Below are positions 24,841 through 38,923 of a stretch of DNA of 64,000 bases, piece after piece. The DNA is from Octopus sinensis (Eukaryota). Below the pieces are notes generated by a model that ran no database searches, had not been told where the DNA came from, and saw only the letters and a program-made list of their open reading frames with translations. Where the stretch lies: positions 34,856,464 through 34,920,463 of the forward strand of contig NC_043011.1 in the NCBI RefSeq assembly GCF_006345805.1. The letters are read 5' to 3'. Every line of letters begins with the position of its first letter. Within the stretch, counting starts at the first letter, position 1. The translations under genes and the position numbers were made by a program.

Positions 24841-25089
24841 TGTGTGTGTGTGTGTGTATGCAAATGAACATGTGCATTTGTGTACGTCTGTTTGAGCATG
24901 TGTTTGTATGTCTGTATGTATGTATGGACATTTGTTTGTTTTTCTGTATGTGTTTGTATTTGTATATGTGTGTGTGTGCATTTTTTATACATGAATGTGT
25001 ATATATATATATATATATATATGTGTGTCTGTATACATGTGCATTTTTGTGTATATATATATATGTATGTGTGTGTGTGAGAGAGTGTG

Positions 25090-25124
<35 letters not shown>

Positions 25125-26400
25125 ACAGGTGCATTTTGTGTATACAGTGCACACATTTTTATGAATATACACATATAAACATGTGTGAATGTATGTTTAT
25201 ATATGCGTATGGGACGTCTATATGTATAGCGTGTATTTGTGTGTGTGTATTTGTGTGCGTGTATTTGTGTGCGTGTGTGTGTGTGGGAATGTGCATATAC
25301 AGTTTGTGTTTGTATATGTGTGAGGGAATGTGTATATACATGTGTTTGTATGTGTGGGGGAGTGTGCATATATGTACATGTATAGAGCGTGTGTGCTTGA
25401 ATGCGTGTGAGAGTGTGTATACATATGTGTATAGTGTGTATCTGTATATGTGTGAGGGACTGCGCACACAAATGTACAGAGTGTATGCTTGTATGTGTGC
25501 GAGGAAGTGTGTATATACAGTACGTGTTTGTATATATATGTGTGAGGGAGTGTATATATATGTGTGTGACTGCTGTTTTTCTTTTACTCTTCTTCACTGA
25601 TGCCAACATCATCAACAACAACAACAACAACAACACAACAACAACAACAACAAAACAGACAGGGGAAAAAAAGGAAGGTCTTTCAGAAGATTAAAAACCA
25701 ATAAAAATCTAACAGCTGCTGCTGCTGTTGTTGTTGTTGTTGATGTCAGTAGCAGTGGTGGAAATGGTAGAGGTGATGGTGGCGGCGGTGGTGGTGGTGG
25801 TGTTGTTATTGTTTCTGCAATTATTGTTATGCAAAAAACGTTTTCTTTTCTTTTCTTTATCGTTTCTTTATCTTTTTTGTTGGGTAAGGGGGCTCTTTTT
25901 TCTTTATTTTTTTTCTTTGTTACTTTTAACATCCCTTATCATCACCATCATCAACAACAACATCTTTTCATTATTTCAAATTTATACTCATTGCTAACAC
26001 CACATAATCATTCATTATCGACGTCATCATCATCATCATCATCATCATCATTATCATCGTTGTTGTCGTCATCGTCGTTTTCATCATCGTAGACATCCTC
26101 ATCGTTATTATCACAACGCTACTATTGCTGAAATCATCATTGTCGTTGTTGTCATCGTCATAGCTATCATGGCTAATGTCATTATCTTCATTGTCATAAT
26201 CCTCATCGGCGTCATCATCATCATCCTCATCGTCAACATGGGCATCATCATCATCATCATCATCAGCAATATCATCACCATCACCATGATTGTCGGTTTC
26301 ATCTTTATAGTTGCCATCACCATCACCATCACAATTTTTCTCATTTGCTTCCAACATAATTACTATCATCATCATCATCATCACTATCAACAACAACAAC
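22240..26400. repeat. Low-complexity block: (CAC/CAT)n mosaic 22240-23700, (GT/AT)n mosaic 23820-25570, (CAA/CAT/GGT)n 25600-26400
   Basis: Direct reading; explains the poly-H/T/P/V/C ORFs in all frames. Confidence 0.95.
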
Positions 26401-26481
26401 AACTTCACTGTTTGCTGCTGCAGGGTCCACAATCAGGCCTCATTCAACAGTGAACTGCTTCGCCTTATCAGTCTTTCAAAA

Positions 26482-26782
26482 GTAATTCATTCCTTTCATT
26501 CAACAGTCATCTATCTCCTCACTCAATCACTAACCCATCCTTTCAAGTGCCATTCATTCCATCAATCAAAAGCCATTCATTCTTAGACTCTATAACCTTC
26601 TAGTTTCCTCACTCAACAGATATTCATTCCATCATTCAACAGTCATCCACCCCATCACTCGATGGTTATCAATTCTATAAAACATCTGTCGTCCATTCTC
26701 TGACTCAACAGTCATTCATATTATCATTCAACAATCATGTATTCCATCACTCAACCAATCAATCATTCTATCACTAAACAGT
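26482..26782. repeat. Degenerate minisatellite, about 23-bp unit CATTCATTCCATCACTCAACAGT
   Basis: TCAACAG/CATTCATTCCATC motifs recur at about 23-bp spacing. Confidence 0.7.
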
Positions 26783-27277
26783 GATATCTTGCAGCTTGCC
26801 TTATGGAATTATGGGAATTGTTCATGTTTGTATGTGTGTGTGTGTGTGTGGTGTGTGTGTGTGTGTGTGGTGTGTGTGTGTGTGTGTGTATACGTGTATG
26901 TGTTCTCTTCCATTTATAATTATTCAAATTCTTCCTCTAAAAATGGAGCTGATTTCTACCAAAGATATAAAGCCCCATCATTGAAATGTAGATAACGAAA
27001 AGATTGTATTTCTAACATGTGATTTGGTTGGTTGATTTCCTTTTCTGAAAACCCAGGCTTTTCCAGATTGTCATTGAGGCATTTTACTCACAAAACCAAA
27101 TGAGCTATTAATTACTATTGCTATAAATGTAAATTTATAATCTGGTTATAGAAACTGAAAGCTTTGAGGCAGTTCTCCATAGTTATCCTTCCTCTTTGAT
27201 TGTTATAGAGATATTCACACCAGCAGGACAGCTGACCACTATGACACGTACGTACTTATCCTTGTCTGTCAATATAC

Positions 27278-29384
27278 GCTCTTTTACTTGTTTCAGTCAT
27301 TTGACTGCAGCCATGCTGGAGCACCACCTTTAGTTGAACAAATCGACCCCCAGGACTTATTCTTTGTAAGCCTAGTACTTATTCTATCAGTATCTTTTGC
27401 CGAACCGCTAAGTTACGGGGATGTAAACACACCAGCATCGGTTGTCAAGCGATGTTAGGGGGACAAACACAGACACACAAACACACACATATATATATGT
27501 ATATATGTATATATGACGGGCTTCTTTCAGTTTCCGTCTACCAAATCCACTCACAAGGCTTTGGTTGGCCCGAGGCTATAGTAGAAGACACTTGCCCAAG
27601 GTGCCATGCAGTGGGACTGAACCCAGAACTATGTGGTTGGTAAGCAAGCTATTTACCACATGGACATTTCTGTGTGTATTTATTTAATGTTAATGTCAGA
27701 TTCCTTGCTGAACACTACTGATAACATGTAATTCAGTACAACTTGTTGCATGATTGGGTCATGGCTGACTAAACCATAACCTCCCACTAGCCTAGCCTGG
27801 AAAAGAGGAATTCTTGAAAACCAGCAGGACAAAAAAAAATAGCTATCAAAAGGATAAATGAACCCAGTGTAGGGTCAATCATCGTCATCATCATCATCAT
27901 TTAACATCTATTGTCCATGTAGCATGGGCTGGACAGTTTGACCAGGGATGGTAAGCTGAGGTGTTGCATCAAACTCCTGTCTGATTTGGCATGGTTTCAA
28001 CAGCTGGATGCCCTTCCTAACACTAACCACTCTGAGAGTGCAATGGATGCTTTTATGTGCCACCAGCACAGGTGCCAGTTACATGACACCAACATTGGCC
28101 ACATTGCCTCTGTGGATTATGTAAATAGCACATAATATAAATTAGATAATGATGGCACCTAAGAAGCAGGCCTAGAGTTCATCACAGAGGTAATTACTGA
28201 GTGAGTGAGGGATGGCAAACATGGGGGGGGGTAGCTTAACTCAAGAGGAGACAACTGCTCTATTTCTTGGCTGATGAACTATCTAGGAGATTGAAAGCTC
28301 TTGAAGCTGTAATATATTCCTTTATTTGTTTCAGTCATTTGACAGTGGCCATGCTGGAGCACAGCTTTTAGTTGAACAAATCGACCCCAGAACTTGTTCT
28401 TTGTAAGCCTAGTACTTATTTTATCAGTCTCTTTTGTCAATCCACTAAGTTACTGGGACGTAAACACACCAACATCGGTTGTCAAATGATGGTGGGGTGA
28501 CAAACACAGACATATAAACATATGTGCACACACACACACACACATATGTACGACAGGCTTCTGCCAGTTTCCATCTACCAAATCCACTCACAAGGCTTTG
28601 GTCAGTCCGATGCTATAGTAGAAGACACTTACTCAAGGTGCCATGCAGTGGGACTGAACCTGAAACCATGTGGTTGGTAAACAAGCTACTTACCACACGC
28701 CTATTCCTGCACCTATATTCACACCCATTCCTGTGCCTATATTCACAGCCAACAGCAGAAGATATTTGCTCAATGTGCCACACAATGGGATTGAAACCTG
28801 AAACATGTGGTTTAGAAAGTAAACTTTCTACCACACAGTCACATCTGTTGTAAATCTTGTCTTCTACAAATTACAGTTGGATGGATTGTGGAAACATACT
28901 ATTGATGATGCTGATGTCGTTAATGTTGTTTAACTCCAGGTCAATCCTAATTGAGCTGATCTTGATGAATATAGTCCGAGATACACTAAAAGACGTGATG
29001 GGCATGGCTGGAACGAATGCATGCTTTCCATCAAGTGTCTATCTATTCAATTCAAAAGTCTGACCTGGAGCTAGACATCAATAACAAAAACCAACAATAC
29101 TCAACACCCACCAACAGCACCATCACCACCACAACAACTGCATTTTCTCTCTGCCCCCAGCTCCCTCCTCCACAACATCCACACTACACCACCAGCACTA
29201 CCACCACTACCAACATCACCACAACACTGATAAAGTAAGCTGGATTCCATGAGAACTATTTCAGTAATCTCTTAACACCGACCAACCAAGTGGAAGAGAT
29301 TGTTAAGATGTCTCCTTACAACATCTACAATCTCCTTACTTGGGCCAATCATCTGCCACTACAAACAGAATATGTACAAGCATG

Positions 29385-29423
<39 letters not shown>

Positions 29424-29630
29424 CACACACACAAACATATATTTATAAAGATAAGTAGATAGAGAGATATAGATAAATGTATGTATATGTATATATATGT
29501 ATGCATGTATATATACATATATATGTGTATGTATATATAAATGCGTATACATATACGTACTTATATATATATATACATAAATGTATGTGTGTGTGTATAT
29601 ATACATCCATATACATATGTATATATATAA

Positions 29631-29661
<31 letters not shown>

Positions 29662-30792
29662 CATAAATGTATGTATGTGTGTGTGTGTATATACATCCAT
29701 ATACATATGTATATATATATATATATATATACACATGCATTTATACATATAAAACTATATATATACATAAATACATATACACATATACACAAACACATGC
29801 ATATAAATTTATATCCTGAATGGGTGGCATATAAATAAACTAGAAAGTTCTTTTATCCATTCCTGATCAATATATATACACCCACCTACTCATCATGTCA
29901 ACAATTGTTATATATTGTGTAGTCTATGTAACACACATTAGTTCAACAGCAGCTGACAAAGTGAATTAGCTGCCAAGACATGTAGGGGTTTGAGATGTTT
30001 TGGCACCACCTATTCGGCGTCACTCATTCAATGCTGACTTTTTATTTGTTTCAGTCATTAAACTGTGGCCATGCTGGGGCACTGCCTTGAAGAATCTTTT
30101 AGTCTAATGAATCAACTCTAGTACTTTAAATTTTTTTAAGCCGGGCAATTGTTCTATCTTTGCTGAATTGCAAAATTACAGGGGACATAGACACAACACC
30201 AGTTGTCAAATGGTGACGGAGACAAACACACACACACACACACGCACGCACACATAAATGTGACATGCTTGTTTCAGTTTCCATCTACCAAATCCTCTCC
30301 CAAGGTTTTGGTTGGCTTCAGGATATAGCAAAAGACACTCGCCCAAGGTACCACGCAGTGGGATTGAACCCACACAGTCCCACCTGTGCCTATATTCAAA
30401 TTATTTTGAATTAATCTTGCATTATCTCAAAACTTCAAGATTACAATGATGTTATTGTTTATTTTTAGAATGGCATTGTAAAGTACGTGTGAGAGGTTAA
30501 ATCTTCCATAGGTTCCCTCAATGTGTTTGCGTGTGAGTGTGTGTGTGTACATATATTCTTTTTTCTTTCTTTTATTCTTTTACTTGTTTCAGTCATTTTG
30601 ACTGCAGCCATGCTGCAGCACCGCCTTTAGTCGAGCAAATGAACCCCAGGACTTATTCTTTGTAAGCCTAGTACTTACTCTATCGGTCTCTTCTGCCGAA
30701 CTGCTAAGTTACAGGGACGTAAATACACCAGCATCGGTTGTCAAGCGATGTTAAGAGTACAAACACAGACATATACACACACATACATATTA

Positions 30793-30841
<49 letters not shown>

Positions 30842-31004
30842 TATGACGGGCTTCTTTCAGTTTCTGTCTACCGAATCCACTCACAAGGCTTTGGTTGGCC
30901 TGAGGCTATAGTAGAAGACACTTGCCCGAGGTGTCACGCAGTGGGACTAAACCCGAACCATGTGGTTGGTAAGCAAGCTACTTACCACACAGCCACTCCT
31001 GCGC

Positions 31005-31046
<42 letters not shown>

Positions 31047-31095
31047 TGTGTGTGTGTGTATTCTTTTACTTGTTTCAGCCATTTGACTGCGGCCA
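27278..31095 (-). mobile_element. SINE family A copies at 27278-27660, 28315-28712, 30035-30392 and 30570-31005, with intervening DNA
   Basis: Family A sequence, all on the minus strand, with variable CpG decay. Confidence 0.85.
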
Positions 31096-31584
31096 TATAT
31101 ATATATATTTATATGTATCAGGCTTGTAGAAGTCAGGCTGTTGCATTATGCAACAACGTTTCTATCTGAAGATGGTTTTTGGAGTCAGTTGTGATGTAGC
31201 TGTTATTATTGACTAAAATAACATTAAATATATTGTAATGAGGGTATTCTCTTAAAGCTAGTTGAGATTTATTCTTGTAAATCTTTCTAATGTTACACGG
31301 AAGACTGTGTCTGTAATTGCATTTGTGAGTATGATGAGCATGTGAGTATAAACTGTGTGTCTGTACATGCATGTATGCATAAGTGTAATTGTGTGCGTGT
31401 GTATTACTGCATGCAAGCTAATATGCATATGTAAATGCAACAATTAGCTCATATAAAAAAAAGGGAATATTAAAACGAACATTATTTGCAATAGAACAAG
31501 TTTCTGGTAAATTTAATTTGTACATGAATATATGTGCACATGAGCATGTGTGTGCTTTCATATATGTGTGTATATTTGCAAAGT

Positions 31585-31900
31585 GAAGGTATGTGGTTCA
31601 GTAGTTAAGGTACTTGGCTCATGATCGCAGGGTTGTGAGTTCAATTCCTGGCAGCGTGTTGAGTTCTTGAGCAAGACACTTTATTTCATGTGGCTCCAGT
31701 CCACTCAGCGAGCAAAACTAAGTCGTACCAGTATTTCAAAGGGCCAGCCTTGTCACACTTTGTGTCCCGCTGAATCTCTCTAAGAACTACATTAAGGGTA
31801 CTGGTGGGATGTTCGACCACATGCACGTTAATTTCATGAGCAGGCTGTTCCATTGATCGGATCAACTGGAACCCACATCATCAAAACCAACAGAGTGCCA
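31585..31900 (+). mobile_element. Chimeric SINE (family C-type head and body, family B tail)
   Basis: TTCTTGAGCAAGACACTTTATTTCA body followed by TTTCAAAGGGCCAGCCTTGTCAC...GAGTGCCA; a second copy lies at 52775-53092 (-). Confidence 0.8.
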
Positions 31901-31991
31901 GTATGTGTGAGTGTGTGTGTGTGTGTACATTATCATCATTTGATGTCCACTTTTCCATGCTTCCATAGGTCACATGGAATTCCCCTGAGAT

Positions 31992-32283
31992 TCAAGTGAG
32001 GTCATTGCCAGTGCCACTGGACTGGCTCCTGTGCAAGTAGCATATAAAAAACACCATTTGAGTGTGGCCGTTGCCAGTACCGCCTGACTGGCCCTTGTGC
32101 CAGTGGCATCTAAAAGCACCCACTACACTCTCTGAGTGGTTGGCGTTAGAAAGGGCATCCAGCTGTAGCAACTGCCAGATCAGATTGAAGCCTGGTAGAG
32201 CCATCTGGTTCGCCAGTCCTCAGTCAAATCGTCCAACCCATGCTAGCATGGAAAGCAGACGTTAAACAATGATGATGATGATG
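31992..32283 (+). mobile_element. RTE-LINE 3' UTR fragment
   Basis: GGCGTTAGAAAGGGCATCCAGC...CCATGCTAGCATGG...(GAT)n. Confidence 0.85.
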
Positions 32284-32659
32284 ACAGATTTTTCTACAGC
32301 TGGATGCTCTTCCTGTAAGCAACCTATTTCCAAGCAAGATAATATTTCGCCCAAGGCCAAACATGGTTTTCACAAAAGACTCGAAACAAACAGCTTCGCT
32401 TGTATGACAGAAGATGCCCGTTTACATCTAACACAGGATATCAAGACAATGGTACACACACATAGATACAAGTAAACAAATAAACTGCTTGAATTAGATA
32501 TACAAAATATATATACATGTATACATGTAAATAGAGAGAAAGCAAAGACTGAACATTTTCAGATGGTAAATATTTATGTACAAATATATAGATATTTATA
32601 TATTAAAAGGACAAGCTTACAATGAGTACAAAGACACAGAAAACTCTCTGTGTGTGCAT

Positions 32660-32706
<47 letters not shown>

Positions 32707-32901
32707 TGTGTGTGGTGTGTGTGCGTGTGTCACAGATCATTGGTCAACCTCAGAATTATAGAAGAAAACACTTGCCCAAGGTGTCATGCAGTAAGACTGA
32801 ACCTGAGACATATACGCCCACATAGATGTGAAGTAAGTTTTCTTAACCACATAGCCATGCATATGCTATACATAACTACAAGCATACATACATATAATAC
32901 A

Positions 32902-32958
<57 letters not shown>

Positions 32959-33174
32959 AGTTCTGAGAGCCCCTTTGGTCATGACTGACCCTGGGATTGC
33001 ACCTAGAAAGTTACCCTCCAGGTACAAGCCCGGGCAAGGTTGTTTATGTAAAAACCAGCAGTCGCCCATGCATACCAGCCTCCACTCTCCCCGCCACCAG
33101 TATTATCCAAGGGAGGGAAAGGCTGATACAGCTTGGTACCTGTCTCGACGCTCTAACCACTGAGCCATGCACCT

Positions 33175-33177
<3 letters not shown>

Positions 33178-33228
<51 letters not shown>

Positions 33229-33355
33229 GTAGTATGTATGTATGTATGTATGTGTATGTATGTATGTATGTATATAATATATATATATATAATATATATT
33301 AATGTATGTATTAGTATGTATGTATGTATGTATGTATGTAGTATGTATATATTAT

Positions 33356-33424
<69 letters not shown>

Positions 33425-33493
33425 ATGTATGTATATATATATATACACACACACATACATAAATATACATATACGTATGTATATATATATTAT

Positions 33494-33567
<74 letters not shown>

Positions 33568-33649
33568 CTCTCCCTCTCTCTCTCAATATATATATATACA
33601 TACGTACGTACATACATACATATATACATACATACATACATACATACAT

Positions 33650-33685
<36 letters not shown>

Positions 33686-33830
33686 CACACACACACACAC
33701 ACACACCACACACACACACACACACACGCACACACGCACATACATACATCATACATACATACATACATACATACATACATACATACTATATATATATATA
33801 ATATATTATATATATTATATATATATATGG
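33178..33830. repeat. Compound (TA)/(TATG)/(GT)/(CATA)/(CA) microsatellite
   Basis: Direct reading. Confidence 0.97.
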
Positions 33831-34256
33831 TTATTAAAAAATATGTATTCAAACAAGAAAGAACATATTTTTCTTAAATAAATGAATATATTTTCTTACA
33901 TAAATTTGTAAATAGAAAATATGGTCAGGAGAGGAAATGTAAAAGTAGATAAATAGATTAGGTTAGTTGGTAGATATTGGTAGGTAAATAATAGACATGT
34001 TAAGTAAATGTACGTGTCTATGTGTATTTGTGTATATGTGCGTGCGTGTGTGTGTGTGTGTGTGTGTGTACGTTAGTGCATGTATGTATATAGAGAAGCG
34101 AGAGAAAGAGAGAGGAACAGACAAATGCATTCATGTATACCTACACACATACCTATATAAATGTCTCAAAGAAAAATAGTATGACAATTTGATAAAATAG
34201 TATAATGATTACGACACCACAACGATGATGATAGCGATGATGATGATGATGATCAA

Positions 34257-34288
<32 letters not shown>

Positions 34289-34442
34289 GTATTGCCGTCG
34301 TCGATATCAAAGTGGTGGTCGTTGTGATGATGGTGACGGTGGTGAAGGTTGGGACAGACAATTGTAGTAGACATCGATTTTAATAGAGAACTAATCAGAT
34401 GAGATAGTTTACGGTGTAATGAGAGAGGGAGAGGGGAAGAAC

Positions 34443-34536
<94 letters not shown>

Positions 34537-35487
34537 TGATTGTGCAAGAGAGCATAAGAGAAGTGAGATAGAATTGAAGATATGAGTACGGAAGGTTAAT
34601 AGTCTGACCTCAGAAATTTCGGATAATTTTCAGCAACCCGCCATTCATTTAACTATTCCAATCTTTACCATCCTTCCCTCCCTACCTTATCTATCCATCT
34701 ATTCAAAAACACCAAGACAGCCAAGCCAGTATTAGTGAAAAACTGTTTCAAAAAACCTTCGGCGAGAGTGGAAGACGTAGGTAATAAAACTGTCAACAGC
34801 AACTTTTTTTCCTGTTTCTAGGCCATTTAACTTTAGAGACGAGACTTACGTCATCATAACTGTCAACTACCAAATGCTAAAAATAGCAACCGAATCTCCC
34901 GTAAATTACGCATTCTTACTGTCTTGAAAGAAGAAAAAAAAAAGAATGACAAAAGACACATCGTATAAATTAGTCTTAGATTTACTATGCTTCGCAAATA
35001 AAAGACGGGATGGTCACGGCTAAAACGCTTTTTTTTTTATATATAGTTCTCACCAATTGTATCGTTTATCTCTATTTTTCATCATAACAGGTCAATGAGG
35101 AAATCATGTTGTGGCTGTTCAAGCGGTTAGAAACAGCAGTCAAATCCTCTTAAATCACGCCGTATTGTATTAAATAAAAGGACATAATACAATGTAATTT
35201 TAGTAGTCTTAAATATGATAATAAATGGAATTTCGTATAAAACGACAAAAGGGTCAGTTTGGAGCTTCTTTGGTCATAGGGCTGCAAATCACAACGAGAG
35301 AGTATTTATGTGAGTCTATATATGTGTGTACATTTAACCTGTGGAAACAGGTAAGGCTAGATGGTTAAGATATTTGCTTGGCAATCATGAGGTCTGTGTT
35401 TGATCTCACAACATGATATCCTCGGTAAATGTTTTTTACCGTAGGTTTGGCTCGATCCAAGCTTGTGAGTGAAATTAGATTGATAAT

Positions 35488-36152
35488 AGGCGCAGGCGTG
35501 GCTGTGTGGTAAGAAACTTGCTTCCCAACCACATGGTTCCGGGTTCAGTCCCACAGTGTGACACCTGAGGCAAGTGTCGTTTGGTGTAGTCTTGGGCCAA
35601 CCAAAGATTTGTGAGTGGTTTTGGTAGACGGAAACTGAAAGAAGCCCGCCGTATATATACAATATATCGTTGCTATTATGCAAAAGTGTCGTAAGTCCAA
35701 AACGCTTTTTTTTTTTTTTTTTTTCAGAAAACGAAAAAATAGTTTCATCATTCCATAGGAAAACTGCTGCACTACACTTTGACAATGTTTGATAGCTTGG
35801 CATCTGAAGCAGCTGAAGATACGATAGTCTGACCAAAAGAACCGGATATTGCAAGCAAAAATTAATATTGAAAAAAAAAGACGCATTTGTCCGAATTTGG
35901 ACATACGATAGTTTGACATAATAGTAACGATATATATTTTGGTGTGTGTCTTTGTGTCTGTGTTTGTACCTGACCACCGCTTGACAACTGGTGTTGGTGT
36001 GTTTACGTCCCTGACCCAAAGGAGATTGAAAGAATAAGTCCCAGGCTTAAAAAGGAGATTGATAGAATAAGTCCCAGACTAAAAATACTTCAAAGCGGTG
36101 CCCCAGCATGGACGCAGTCTAATTAATGACTGAAACAAGTAAAAGGTAAAAG
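35488..36152 (+). mobile_element. SINE family A interrupted by a MITE
   Basis: Head 35488-35655 and tail 35940-36152. Confidence 0.85.
35667..35930. mobile_element. Unclassified MITE with about 35-bp imperfect TIRs, inserted in a TA tract
   Basis: TCGTTGCTATTATGCAAAAGTGTCGTAAGTCCAAA versus TTTGGACATACGATAGTTTGACATAATAGTAACGA. Confidence 0.75.
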
Positions 36153-36696
36153 ATATAGTGTGGTGCCCACAGTGAGAGGATTGTTCGTATGAATCAAAGT
36201 TCCAGCCTTGTTACACATTGCGTCAAACTGCTTCGGCCTAAGAATTATGCAAAGGAAAGAGAGTATTCATATCAATGGAATACCCAGCCACTCACACGTT
36301 AATTTAACGTAGGTACTTCTAACAAGAGAATGCCCATCGCTGAAAACGAGGGACGACCCAACATATTTAACCAGCGCACATATTTATAATATCTTATTTT
36401 CTTGTTAAACCAAAGGAGCCATTTGTTTTTCTTGTTATATTACCCGTGTTTTGTTTAGTTTTTGATCTTTTGATTTTCATTTAGAATCCATAATGCTTTC
36501 GTGCCGGTGAGGCTGGCGTAATTGATGTCCATCTAAAATGTCTAACTTCGAGGCAAGGCTGCATGAAACAGCGGAAATGGACAAAGACGAAAGCGCGCGC
36601 ACACACACATACACACACACATATGATCGTTTCGTCATCATGTCTCTCTCATCATATCATACACACACACACACACCACACACACACACACACACG

Positions 36697-37446
36697 GACA
36701 CCTTGCTACTCGTATGGTGGACATTTGTCCTCAGTCGTCTGGGGTACTGCTAACAACTGTGGTCGCCACAGAACGTCAAATTGGTGACAGAACATGAGGC
36801 AATCCAGCGCCACTACACAAAGAAGACTGACTCGATGGAACAGATGAGCTACTGAGAGAGATTACAAGAACTGAAGCTCTAGTCTCTGGAGAGTAGGCGA
36901 GAAAAGTATGCAGTGATGTTCATATGGAAGATCCTGGAAGGTGTAGCTACCAACTTTGGAATTAAAAGCTATACCAACCGCCGAACAGGGCAGCACTGCA
37001 TACAACCAAAGATACGGTCTTCTTTATTTCAGATAAGGACCCATCATCATTCATCATTGTTCGACCGTGGTCGAGACAATGGAATTTACCATGCTACGCC
37101 AGACTTCACGGTCCATCATGGCATTACGGAGGTCCTGTTGCTGGATGCCTGTATCCCTGGAGAATAAGGACCCAGTATTGCAACAGCTTGGGTTTTTGAA
37201 GGGACCAAAACTGTTTAACGTCCTAGCAAGGAACCTAAGAAATCTGCAAGGGTAGATGTGGAAACATTGAGAAAGCAGCTGGACAAATTTCTATCTGAAA
37301 TTCCAGATGAGCCCACATCACGGCAGGGAGGCACAAAGAAGAGCAGCTTCGTCCAACTCGCTTCTTCTTAACGAAAGGAGGCCCAAAAACACGGTGCCCC
37401 AGCATGGCCCCCGGCCTCTGGCTGAAACCAGTAAAAGAATAAAAGA
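36697..37446 (+). mobile_element. CR1-clade LINE 3' fragment (dead)
   Basis: Translates as FVLSRLGYC*QLWSP...EAIQRHYTKK...MSY*ERLQELKL*SLESRREKY..FIWKILEG...GPKLFNVL, the typical CR1 ORF2 C-terminus; ends in a (TAAAAGA)n tail. Confidence 0.85.
37044..37163 (-). mobile_element. Short 3' end of a second RTE-like LINE nested in the CR1
   Basis: Minus strand encodes SRDTGIQQQDLRNAMMDREVWRSMV...* plus (GAT)n; TSD ATAAGGACCCA at 37033-37043 and 37164-37174. Confidence 0.85.
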
Positions 37447-38513
37447 TATATATATATATATATATTCCATATATATGCAGCACGGAATTTTGTCCGTGAA
37501 CAGGTCGCGGTCTCAAAGCTAGGAAAATATTTTGGCAAATTAAATTTAAATGTTGAAGTGAATCTAACGGATTTTGTGTGTTTCTTAAATGGCTTATAAA
37601 CACCTTCCTGGCTGCAATTGTTTTCGTTCCAGCACACGATCTCAGATCAGGTCACTTGCTATGCAAGTACATCTCCGTAATATATTTATATAATTTAGAG
37701 AAAAACCTCTATTAAACAATTCAATAGTGAAAGACGTTATTCACACCATATAGAAAAAATTCAATATACTATCTATCTATATATATATACATACATATAT
37801 ATATTCCAATTATTAAATATATATTCCAGTTATATATATATATATATTATTTATATATATATTCCAATTATGTATGTATGTATGTATGCAGATGTCTGTG
37901 TGCGCGCGCGTGTGTGTATTAAAGCATTTTAAAAATAACTCATGGTGTGATTCCATACTGAGAGCAGCTTCAAAGTCCAAGTCAACTAGATCTTCACAAT
38001 ATATACACATGTATGTGTGTGTGTGTATGTATGTATGTATGTATGTATTACATACACATAAATATATGTACGCACGCACACACGTTACAGAGCTTTCTAT
38101 CTCTGAGAAAGAGAAACACAATCTTTAATCGAATTGCATGTAGTTTATGTATCTTTTGGTTCTCGAGAACCAATCAATAGAACCAGCTGATTTTTAAACG
38201 ATTTATTTTGCAGCCGTCGCTGTGGCTGTTGTTGCCGGCGCTGAAAGAACCAAGTCGTCGACTCTCAAAGATATTCCACCCATAAGAATCCAGTTTTATT
38301 TCCAGACAGTGTAACTAGAATTTCATAATCTAATGTGTCCTTCAATTTTTTTAAAGTGGCTTGGTGTGAATTGAGAGAGATTTGGTTGTTATTTCTGACA
38401 GAGGAAGCAATCGCGCAGAATAGCAGTTCTTAACCTATGTCAAGGCTCGTATCATTTCGAGAATTCAAAATCATTTAAAAAATTTTTTTACCTATAAGTT
38501 AAAAAAAAGATAG

Positions 38514-38893
38514 AGGCGTAGGAGTGGCTGTGTGGTAAGTAGCTTGCTTACCAACCACATGGTTCCGGGTTCAGTCCCACTGCGTGGCACCTTGGGCAAG
38601 TGTCTTCTACTATAGCCTCGGGCCGACCAAGGCCTTGTGAGTGGATTTGGTAGACGGAAACTGAAAGAAGCCCGTCGTATATATGTATATGTGTGTCTGT
38701 GTTTGTCCCTCCCAATATCGCTTGACAACCGATGCTAGTGTGTTACGTCCTCGTAACTTAGCGGTTCGGCAAGACACCGATAGAATAAGTACTAGGCTTT
38801 CAAAGAATAAGTCCTGGAGTCGATTTGCTCGACTAAAGGCGGTGCTCCAGCATGGCCACAGTCAAATGACTGAAACAAGTAAAAGAGTAAAGA
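38514..38893 (+). mobile_element. SINE family A, full length, CpG-intact
   Basis: A-box TGGCTGTGTGG, B-box GGGTTCAGTCCC, ACCTTGGGCAAGT and tail AGTAAAAG. Further copies at 41246-41622 (+), 45660-46000 (-), 48765-49143 (-), 59058-59478 (-) and 61370-61715 (+). Confidence 0.95.
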
Positions 38894-38923
38894 GAGAGAA
38901 AAAAGAAAAGAAAAAAAGTCATC

